A stretch of DNA of 64,000 nucleotides from Aulosira sp. ZfuVER01 (GTDB lineage Bacteria > Cyanobacteriota > Cyanobacteriia > Cyanobacteriales > Nostocaceae), in contig JAVRCV020000026.1 in assembly GCA_034530615.2 (NCBI GenBank), positions 1 to 64,000 of the forward strand, given 5' to 3'. Below the pieces are notes generated by a model, which searched no databases, was not told where the DNA came from, and worked only from the letters and a program-made list of their open reading frames with translations. Made by a program: the position numbers and the translations under genes. Shown here piece by piece: positions 32,101 to 40,166 of this stretch. Position 1 is the first letter of the stretch. Each line of letters begins with the position of its first letter.

Positions 32101-32664
32101 TTAATGACCAAGAATTTCGCTAACGGTAATGTTTACATCGCTTCAGGCTGGAATTGGTAAAGTTTGACTGCTAGCGAACTTTTGAATATGCTGATATCCT
32201 GCTGCGGTGGGTTGTTGATAAACTTCGACAATTTGCTCGTTAATATCTACTAACTAAACTTCAATTATGTTTGCTTCTGCATATAAAGGAATTTTCTGTT
32301 CTCGGTCATACTCGATAGTTGAATCAGCTACTTCAATTAATAAAAAAATATCCTGGGGTTGGGGGTGTGCAGTGGCGTAAAAATCATCACAGGGTTTAAG
32401 TAATGCTACATCTGGCTGAGGTTGTGAGTTATTGTTTAACACGACAGGATTATGAACAGAAATTATGATGCTATTTCCCAAACGCTGACCTAACTTATTA
32501 CTCAGTCGCCTGACACAAGCCGCGTGTTTTGTGCCAAAAGGCGACATTTCAAGAATCTCTCCCCGTATCAGTTCTACTCGGTCATACTTTGTTAGAATCC
32601 CCGAATCAATAATTTTATGATATTGCTTAACTGTGAATTTCTGTCTTAATAACTGCACAGTCAT
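32101..32664 (-). pseudogene. Uma2-family endonuclease pseudogene
   Basis: QPQPDV and LIEVADST motifs; in-frame TAG (32254-56, at the expected EVW) and TGA (32143-45), with family-like sequence continuing to TAA at 32101. Confidence 0.85.
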
Positions 32665-32713
32665 GACTACCTCCACTGTTGGTTTAATAGTAATGCAAAA
32701 TTCAACATCCATT

Positions 32714-32808
32714 GTCATTGCGAGTGTAGCGAAGCGAAACGAAGCAATCCCAACCCTTGATGATTACTTCACTTCTTACCCTACGGGAAGGCTTTGCCTA
32801 CGCAATGA
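32714..32808. repeat. Palindromic element (TCATTGCG...GAAGCAATC...CGCAATGA) with an internal insert
   Basis: Terminal IR at 32715-22 and 32801-08, plus an imperfect inner IR GAAGCAATC/GATTACTTC. Confidence 0.65.
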
Positions 32809-32857
32809 TATAAATAGTTTTGCATAACCGCTACTCTTATAATTATTCCTCACAATT

Positions 32858-33946
32858 ATGAACTCGCCACCTAAACCACCCACTAAAATCAATTCCAGAG
32901 GACATCCCAAGAAGTTTGAGGAAATTATTACTGAGAAAAGCCATAATTTTATTGGTCGTGAATTTGTGTTTACAGCTATTCATGAGTTTATTCACCGTTA
33001 TCGCCGGGGTTATTTCACTATTGTTGGCGCACCTGGTAGTGGTAAAAGTGCTATTCTCGCCAAGTATGCGACAGATAATCCTGATGTTGTCTATTACAGC
33101 GTTGAACTTGAGGGTAAAAATCACGCCGAGGAATTCATCAGCAATATTTGTACCCAACTTGTTGAGATATTCAATGTAGAGACGTTACCTGTAGAGACAT
33201 TTCATGTCACATTTCTACATCAGTTAATTCAGCAAATCAGCGATGAGTTAGAACCCGAGCAAAAACTAATAATTACTATTGATGGTTTAGACCGCATTGA
33301 CCGCAAGAGTCAATCTCCTGGGACAAATTTATTTTATCTTCCCCGCTATCTCCCAGATGGGGTTTATTTTCTCCTCACCCGCAGACCTTTTCTGAGAGAG
33401 AAATCGGGTTTATTAATTGAAACGCCGTCACAAAATCTGGCGTTAGAAGACTACTCAGCAGAAAATCGGCAAGATATTCAAACATATATCCAGCAATATT
33501 TAACTCACGAAGATATAAAGTCTTGGCTAAGTAATCGCCAGATAGGTGAGCAAGATTTTTGCACTAGCATTGCTGCTAAATCGGAAAATAATTTTATGTA
33601 TGTCAGTCAGGTTTTAGCTGCTATGGCTGAGGGTTTTGATCCGCAAGCTTTGGATGACAATCAAGTTCCACCTGGATTAGATGCATATTATCAACAGCAT
33701 TGGCAAAAAATGATGACTGCAAATCAAGATGAGGATTTTAGCCAAGCTGTGTTGAATGTTTTAGTAGAGCAACAGCAGCCGATGTCTGTAGAAGCAATTG
33801 CAGAAATTATTAATGCGGATGAATTTGATGTTGAGGAAGTGTTAGAAAATTGGTTTGAGTTTTTCCATCAAGAAGAAATGGGAGAAGAGAAATATTACAG
33901 CTTTTATCATTCAAGTTTCCGTAAATGGTTAGCAAATAATATTTAA
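32858..33946 (+). CDS. Second NACHT/STAND-like ATPase (core-only paralog of 28387..29952)
   Basis: FIGR, GAPGSGKS, IITIDGLD, YFLLTRRP, SENNFMY, YSFYHSSF shared with the first ATPase. Confidence 0.85.
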   Translation: MNSPPKPPTKINSRGHPKKFEEIITEKSHNFIGREFVFTAIHEFIHRYRRGYFTIVGAPGSGKSAILAKYATDNPDVVYYSVELEGKNHAEEFISNICTQLVEIFNVETLPVETFHVTFLHQLIQQISDELEPEQKLIITIDGLDRIDRKSQSPGTNLFYLPRYLPDGVYFLLTRRPFLREKSGLLIETPSQNLALEDYSAENRQDIQTYIQQYLTHEDIKSWLSNRQIGEQDFCTSIAAKSENNFMYVSQVLAAMAEGFDPQALDDNQVPPGLDAYYQQHWQKMMTANQDEDFSQAVLNVLVEQQQPMSVEAIAEIINADEFDVEEVLENWFEFFHQEEMGEEKYYSFYHSSFRKWLANNI

Positions 33947-34252
33947 TTAAAAAAGCAAAAAGCAGTGAAATATATGTAGAGTTAGCAATGCATATCAAAA
34001 CTTGAATATATTGGAATAATATTATATTTTTTTTTAAAATTAGCTCAAAATATCTGCTTAATACTAATTTAAATAAGTTAGCGATACATAGAATTATGGC
34101 TGAGGGCAAGGCAATGCCTTGCCCCTACGCATTTGTCCGATTATTTTTTCAAATTGGTATAACACACCCTATATTAATTTGATTTTTACTTTATCAAGAA
34201 CCTCTAAATGCGTGAGAATAAAAACAAATTTGTTGCTTTAACCAAAATACTA

Positions 34253-35602
34253 ATGAAAACTTTCAACTTAGATACCCTGACTGCGGCTTTTGCAGACATC
34301 GAAACCATTACCGACCCCGCGCAAGTTGCCAAATTATCCCAGGACTATCATACCTTTAGCCCCGTTCTTGTACCCAAATTAGCCGGGAAAGTCGGTGATA
34401 TTGTCGTCCGTCCCGCCAACGAAGCAGAAGTGATTAAGGTGGCTGCAACCTGCGCCAAACACCGCATCCCTGTAACAGTCCGGGGTGCAGGTACAGGGAA
34501 TTACGGGCAATGCGTACCTATGCATGGTGGCGTAATTCTCGATATGACCAAAATGCACGAAATTCTCTGGGTAAAACCAGCAGTAGCACGGGTAGAAGCT
34601 GGGGTGAAATTGGCAGCATTGGATAAAAAAGCACGAGAAATCGGCTGGGAAATGCGTATGGCCCCCTCTACCTACCGCACAGCAACTATTGGCGGCTTTA
34701 TTGCTGGTGGAAGTGGGGGTATTGGCTCAATTCAATATGGCTTATTAGGCGATCGCGGTAATCTTTTAGGACTGCGAGTGGTAACTTTAGAAGATGAACC
34801 TCGTGTCATCGAGTTACGCGGCGATGATGTGCAAAAGGTAAACCATGCTTGGGGTATTAATGGTATCATCACCCAACTGGAACTTCCCTTGGGGCCAGCC
34901 TATCCTTGGGCGGAAGTGATTGTCACCTTTGACGACTTCATGACAGCCGCCAAGTTTGGCTATGCTCTTGGCAATGCCGATGGCATGATGAAGAAATTGA
35001 TTAGTGTATTTGCATCGCCAATTCCCCAATACTTTCATGCTTTACATGAATACATCCCTGAAGGTAAGCACCCAGCATTTTTAATGGTTGCGGAACCGAG
35101 TTTGGAATCATTACCAGGATTAGTACAACAATATGGCGGACAAATTACCTATCAAAAACCCGCACAAGATGCAGGTAAAGGCACTCATTTAGCAGAATTT
35201 ACCTGGAACCACACCACCTTACACGCCCGCACTGTCGATACTTCAATTACCTATTTGCAAAGTATCTTTCCTCCAGATTCGAGTTTGCAAGTAGTGGAAC
35301 ATCTGTATCATCACTTTGGTGATGAAGTCATGATGCATTTAGAATTTTTTCGGGTGCGAGGTGCAGTCATTCCTGGTGCTTTACAACTCGTGCGATACAC
35401 CACAGAAGAACGCCTCAACGAAATTATCCGCTATCACGAAGCGCAAGGTGTAGCGATCGCCAATCCTCATACATACATTATTGAAGATGGCGGCAGGAAA
35501 GTAATTGACCCCGAGCAGTTAAAATTTAAAGAAATGGTTGACCCTCACGGGTTAATGAATCCTGGTAAAAGCAAAGTCCTAGAATTCAAAGTTCAACATT
35601 AA
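34253..35602 (+). CDS. FAD-binding oxidoreductase (GlcD/FAD_binding_4-like)
   Basis: RGAGTGNYGQ, ATIGGFIAGG, DPHGLMNPGK. Confidence 0.88.
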   Translation: MKTFNLDTLTAAFADIETITDPAQVAKLSQDYHTFSPVLVPKLAGKVGDIVVRPANEAEVIKVAATCAKHRIPVTVRGAGTGNYGQCVPMHGGVILDMTKMHEILWVKPAVARVEAGVKLAALDKKAREIGWEMRMAPSTYRTATIGGFIAGGSGGIGSIQYGLLGDRGNLLGLRVVTLEDEPRVIELRGDDVQKVNHAWGINGIITQLELPLGPAYPWAEVIVTFDDFMTAAKFGYALGNADGMMKKLISVFASPIPQYFHALHEYIPEGKHPAFLMVAEPSLESLPGLVQQYGGQITYQKPAQDAGKGTHLAEFTWNHTTLHARTVDTSITYLQSIFPPDSSLQVVEHLYHHFGDEVMMHLEFFRVRGAVIPGALQLVRYTTEERLNEIIRYHEAQGVAIANPHTYIIEDGGRKVIDPEQLKFKEMVDPHGLMNPGKSKVLEFKVQH

Positions 35603-35747
35603 CAGGAAATAGGGAAATCATTGCCAGCTGTAAAGATTTCCCTTACCAGTAAAAGTTGTATTGCACTCAACTGCAAACCGCTATAAACTTTGTAGTCTGA
35701 TTACTCAACCGTAGAGATAATCAAAAGTTCCAAATCACCAATTGCCC

Positions 35748-36794
35748 ATGATTGAAATTGACGGTTCCTACGGAGAAGGAGGTGGACAAGTTCTTCGTAC
35801 CTCCTTGAGTTTAGCCGCTATCACTGGCGAAGCTATCACCATTGCAGGTATTCGTGCCAAACGTAAAAGACCGGGACTAGCAGCACAACACCTGACAGCC
35901 GTTCGCGCTGCGGCAAAAATCTGTCATGCGCAGATGCGGGGTGATGCTTTAGGTTCAATGAAACTAGAATTTATCCCTGGTAGTGCTGTACAGCCAGGAC
36001 ACTATACTTTTGATGTCACAGAAGCACAGCAAGGTGGTTCGGCGGGGGCGATGACTCTGGTTTTGCAGACTGTACTTTTACCTCTAGCTTTGGCTGCTGC
36101 TGATTCCCAAGTGACTTTAAAAGGCGGCACTCATGTTCCCTTTAGTCCGACAATGACATACATTGAGCAAGTTTATCTACCAATGCTGCGCCGCATGGGA
36201 GTCAAGGCGACAGCAAAGCTACGTGCTTGGGGATGGTATCCGCAAGGTGGGGGAGAGATGCAGATCAAAGTCAGTGGTAGTGGCACAATCAAAGGGATCA
36301 CTTTGCTAGAACGAGGTCATTTACACCAAGTGCGGGGACTAGCAGTAGTAACAGAATTGGCTTCCCATATTGCCCAACGCATGGCGAATCGTACCGAGAA
36401 TTTGTTGCGTCAAGCTGGGTTAAAAGCGGCTATTGAGGCGTTGCGAGAAAAAGGTGTTGCACCTGGGGCAGGTGTGTTCTTAACTGCTGAGTATAAAAAT
36501 AGCTTGACAGGATTTGGTGGATTTGGACGTTTGCGCTTACCAGCAGAAAAAGTTGCAGATATTGCTTGTCGGCAACTATTGCAGTTTCATCAAACAGGTG
36601 CGCCAGTAGATGAACATTTGGCAGATCAATTATTGTTACCGGCAACTTTAGCATCTCAGTCCAGTGAATATCGAGCATCTGAGATTAGCAGTCATTTAAT
36701 CACCAATGCAGCGATTATTGAACGGTTTGGACTAGCACGGATAACAGTGGATGAAGCAGAGAAGATAGTTGCGATCGCACCTGCTGTCACCTAA
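35748..36794 (+). CDS. rtcA: RNA 3'-terminal phosphate cyclase
   Basis: DGSYGEGGGQVLR, RPGLAAQHL, GGTHV, GWYPQGGG, DEHLADQ, SHLITN. Confidence 0.93.
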   Translation: MIEIDGSYGEGGGQVLRTSLSLAAITGEAITIAGIRAKRKRPGLAAQHLTAVRAAAKICHAQMRGDALGSMKLEFIPGSAVQPGHYTFDVTEAQQGGSAGAMTLVLQTVLLPLALAAADSQVTLKGGTHVPFSPTMTYIEQVYLPMLRRMGVKATAKLRAWGWYPQGGGEMQIKVSGSGTIKGITLLERGHLHQVRGLAVVTELASHIAQRMANRTENLLRQAGLKAAIEALREKGVAPGAGVFLTAEYKNSLTGFGGFGRLRLPAEKVADIACRQLLQFHQTGAPVDEHLADQLLLPATLASQSSEYRASEISSHLITNAAIIERFGLARITVDEAEKIVAIAPAVT

Positions 36795-37045
36795 CACTGT
36801 TTTAAAATAACACCCAAGCCAACAAGCGATCGCAGTAGTCAAGCTATTTTCAATAAAATTAACGAATTATCTTCAGTACAATAGATATACCGCAGCGATT
36901 TAAAACAGCAATAATGGGCGAACAAGTTTGAACTAATCTAGAAATTGATGACTTCGGTTATGTTTCTTGCCTATGCAGGAAGAATTTTTAGGTTGAACTT
37001 GTTCTGATTATAAGAATAGAGAACTTTACTAACAAGAGAAAGCTT

Positions 37046-37999
37046 ATGTCTCAAGTTCTTATCGGTACAGAAAAAGGGCTTTTTCACCTAAAAAGCAATA
37101 ATCAGGTGATTCGCGATGAATCAGCACCCCCGACAATCAAATTTTTAGCCGCTAGTCACGGTCAAGTTTATGCATTGACTTTAGATGATGTACTTTGGTC
37201 GAAAAAAGAAAATGAAGCTTGGGAAATAGTTAACTCAAAACCAGTAACAGAAGAAGTATGGTCTTTTGCAGCTGATTCTCATATTCCAAATCGAGTTTAT
37301 ATAGGCGTGTCTCCCGCACTGCTATATCAAAGTGATGATGGTGGTAAAAACTGGAAACCTTGCGACTCTATCCGCCAGATTCCAGGTTATGAAACATGGA
37401 CTTTTCCGCCACCTCCACATATTCCTCACGTTCGCTATATTGCTTCAGCGCCCAAAGCTGAAAATGGTCTGTATATTGGAGTTGAAGAAGGCGGAATATT
37501 TCGGAGTGATGACCAAGGTCAAACTTGGGAAAGCCTGAATGAAGGACTTTATTGGGATGTGCATACAGTCGTCCCAACTAATGATGGCTTACGGTTGTAT
37601 GCAACGACTGGAAATGGTTTTTATCGCAGCGATGATGGTGGTCATCACTGGCGACATATTAAAGAAGGACTAGAACGCAGTTACACAGTACCTTGTATTG
37701 CATCTTTGCAGCAACCAAATCTCTTATTTACCGCTGCGGCTGCGGGGCCACCACCAACTTGGGGGCGAGGAGCAAATGCGGCACTGTATCGTAGCTTAGA
37801 TGGTGGCGAACACTGGCAAAAACTAGAGCAGGGACTACCATCAAAGTTCGATGCGATGATTCGAGCTTTAATTGTAGATCCAGAAGATAGAATTTTTGCG
37901 GCTGCTGGTGATGAGCTTTATATGAGTCAGGATTTGGGTGAAAGCTGGCAATTAGTAGGCAAAGATTTGTCTAATATTCGTGCGTTAGCAGTGGTGTAA
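37046..37999 (+). CDS. BNR/Asp-box beta-propeller protein
   Basis: Repeated SxDxGxxW motifs. Confidence 0.85.
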   Translation: MSQVLIGTEKGLFHLKSNNQVIRDESAPPTIKFLAASHGQVYALTLDDVLWSKKENEAWEIVNSKPVTEEVWSFAADSHIPNRVYIGVSPALLYQSDDGGKNWKPCDSIRQIPGYETWTFPPPPHIPHVRYIASAPKAENGLYIGVEEGGIFRSDDQGQTWESLNEGLYWDVHTVVPTNDGLRLYATTGNGFYRSDDGGHHWRHIKEGLERSYTVPCIASLQQPNLLFTAAAAGPPPTWGRGANAALYRSLDGGEHWQKLEQGLPSKFDAMIRALIVDPEDRIFAAAGDELYMSQDLGESWQLVGKDLSNIRALAVV

Positions 38000-38041
38000 G
38001 CTGATTTTTATTGATTATAATCAAAGCTTTCGCTTAATATT

Positions 38042-38093
38042 AATGGAGACTAAACGCGGTTAGTAATTAGTTCATTATCCGCAAGTCTCCATT
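38042..38093. terminator. Inverted repeat between convergent genes
   Basis: AATGGAGACT ... AGTCTCCATT with inner GCGG/CCGC. Confidence 0.5.
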
Positions 38094-38097
38094 TAAT

Positions 38098-38361
38098 TTA
38101 TCTGTACTTAATTTTCAACACCAAAATCATCCCCGCAAACACAAAGGTAACAATGTTGGCGGCAATAATAGGAATATCGCGAACATAAGCGCCATACACC
38201 AACCATAAAATAATCCCTATACACAGAACAATCAGCATACTCCAAGACAAATCTTCGGCTGATTTTGACTGCCAAGTTTTGATGAGTTGGGGTAAATAAG
38301 CAATGGTTGTAAGTACTCCTGCTGTTAACCCTAAAATGGTGATGAGATTAGATTCCTCCAT
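38098..38361 (-). CDS. SemiSWEET / PQ-loop transporter
   Basis: TTIAYLPQ, SAEDLS, WLVYG, PIIAAN; 3 TM. Confidence 0.9.
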   Translation of the reverse strand: MEESNLITILGLTAGVLTTIAYLPQLIKTWQSKSAEDLSWSMLIVLCIGIILWLVYGAYVRDIPIIAANIVTFVFAGMILVLKIKYR

Positions 38362-38514
38362 TTGAGTTTGCTACCTCTATGCAGTGAAATGGCCAAGTAC
38401 AAGCTTTTGAACGTTGACCATACACTACCATATTTAGCCGAGTAGACTTATCAGCCTTAATTGGTATTACTACAGTTTATTTGTGGGCGCGATCGCTCTT
38501 GTGCAATTTCCCTG

Positions 38515-38805
38515 TTACTGTGTCTCTAGGGGAATGAGACTGGCGCTTTTGGCTGCACTATCCCAAACTATCCAGCTACAAGAATTGTCTACGTCATCTG
38601 GATTAGTTGTGACTTTAAAATAGAGCTTGTTGCTATTCTTCGGTTCAATAGCAAAATCGGCATTTTGGGCATAAACTACTTTAAAACCTCTATCTCTCAG
38701 GCAATACATCGCCCAATTTTTCAACGATTGCTTGTAGGGTTCGTGAGGAATTGACGGTTTTGTAATCGCGTCTTCGATGACTTTAAATATCTGCATTGAT
38801 ATCAT
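38515..38805 (-). CDS. Hypothetical protein
   Basis: WAMYCLRDRGF core; start uncertain. Confidence 0.7.
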   Translation of the reverse strand: MISMQIFKVIEDAITKPSIPHEPYKQSLKNWAMYCLRDRGFKVVYAQNADFAIEPKNSNKLYFKVTTNPDDVDNSCSWIVWDSAAKSASLIPLETQ

Positions 38806-38849
38806 GTTTCTGGAAATGGTCAAAACTTTGTAATCAGAACTAAACTTGA

Positions 38850-39311
38850 CTACGAAACTGGATCGCAACGAATCTCAATCATAAAACCATCAGGATCGTA
38901 GAAGTAGACACCTCTACCAGTAGGACGGCTGACTGGGCCATGAGCGATCGCTATTTGATTGTCTCTGATTACTGCCACTGCGCGATCGAATAACTGCGGA
39001 TCGATGTCAAAAGCTAGGTGATATGCTCTGGTGAAAGTCTTTTCTGGATTGGGATCTGGTGGGGATAATTCTGGTTCGCCAAATAAATCTAAAATTGTGC
39101 CATCGGGGGTAATGAAGTTAGCTACCTTCCCAGCAGCGACGAGTTCAACTAAGGTTGCGGGGACTTCATCGCCTGTGAGTTCGTGCAAACCGAGAATCGT
39201 GCCATAAAAGTGTCGGGATGCTTGCATATCTTTAACATTGAGCGCAATGTGATGCACTTTCCGTAGAACACCCGGAGTTAAGACGCTGTTCGCACAAGAG
39301 ATAGATAGCAT
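38850..39311 (-). CDS. VOC/glyoxalase family protein
   Basis: HHIALNV, HLAF, YFYDPDG..IE. Confidence 0.9.
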   Translation of the reverse strand: MLSISCANSVLTPGVLRKVHHIALNVKDMQASRHFYGTILGLHELTGDEVPATLVELVAAGKVANFITPDGTILDLFGEPELSPPDPNPEKTFTRAYHLAFDIDPQLFDRAVAVIRDNQIAIAHGPVSRPTGRGVYFYDPDGFMIEIRCDPVS

Positions 39312-39388
39312 GGCAGAATCTACTTTCCCTACAAAGATAGAAGTTCAACTCTTTATTTAGAGTTTATTATTCATCATAAAAACTTACC

Positions 39389-39856
39389 ATGCCTTTTGAT
39401 TATTCTTTAGACTTTACAAGTATCAATTTTCGTCAACATCCTGAACTTTATCGTGTGGGTAAGGGCGAACAGGGTGTACTTTTGGTAGAACCATACAAAT
39501 CAGAAATTCTTCCTTACTGGCGATTTAAAACTCCTGAGATTGCTAAAGATTCGAGTGAAAAAATCTACGAACTTTTTCTTGCATATTTAGAGCAAGATGA
39601 TTTTGTTGGTGCAGATATGGCGCGGAAGTTTTTACAAATGGGTTATACCAGATCCCGGCGTTATGCTAATCATAAAAGTGGTAGGAAGTATAAAAAATCT
39701 GAATTAGAATCTGATAGTAAGAAAGAAATTCTGCCCTATGAAGTAGATCTGATTAAAGCGGAATCAGCAGCGATATTTAAAGCTAAGTGGATAGAAGCAA
39801 AGAATAATGAAAAATATGTGCGGCTTTTAGCTCAACATAAACAGATGTATGGATAA
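39389..39856 (+). CDS. DUF4385-like protein
   Basis: GKGEQGVLLVEPYK, DMARKFLQMGYTRSRRYANH. Confidence 0.85.
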   Translation: MPFDYSLDFTSINFRQHPELYRVGKGEQGVLLVEPYKSEILPYWRFKTPEIAKDSSEKIYELFLAYLEQDDFVGADMARKFLQMGYTRSRRYANHKSGRKYKKSELESDSKKEILPYEVDLIKAESAAIFKAKWIEAKNNEKYVRLLAQHKQMYG

Positions 39857-39902
39857 TATTTTCGCCTAAATACGATGCCTAGATATTAGTGGTTCACACG
39901 CT

Positions 39903-40132
39903 AAATTTAGATGGGTAAGGGAACGAACCACAAAGGACACAAAGGACACGAAGGAAGAGAGGAAGAAGAAGAACTGAAAATTTGACTCAACTCTAAAAAT
40001 TAATGTGACAGACAAGTAGTTGTTCATCGCATTACTCTTAATAAGAGAAAATAACTTTTCAATTTCTTTTCTCTTTCTCTTCCTTCGCGTACTTTGCGCC
40101 TTTGTGGTTCGTTAATAAACCCCTTCAAATTT
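39903..40132. mobile_element. MITE-like inverted-repeat element between convergent genes
   Basis: AACGAACCACAAAGG (39922-36) / CCTTTGTGGTTCGTT (40099-113) plus an imperfect outer IR. Confidence 0.55.
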
Positions 40133-40166
40133 AAGGCGATGAATCCTAGCTCAATAAAGTACTGAT

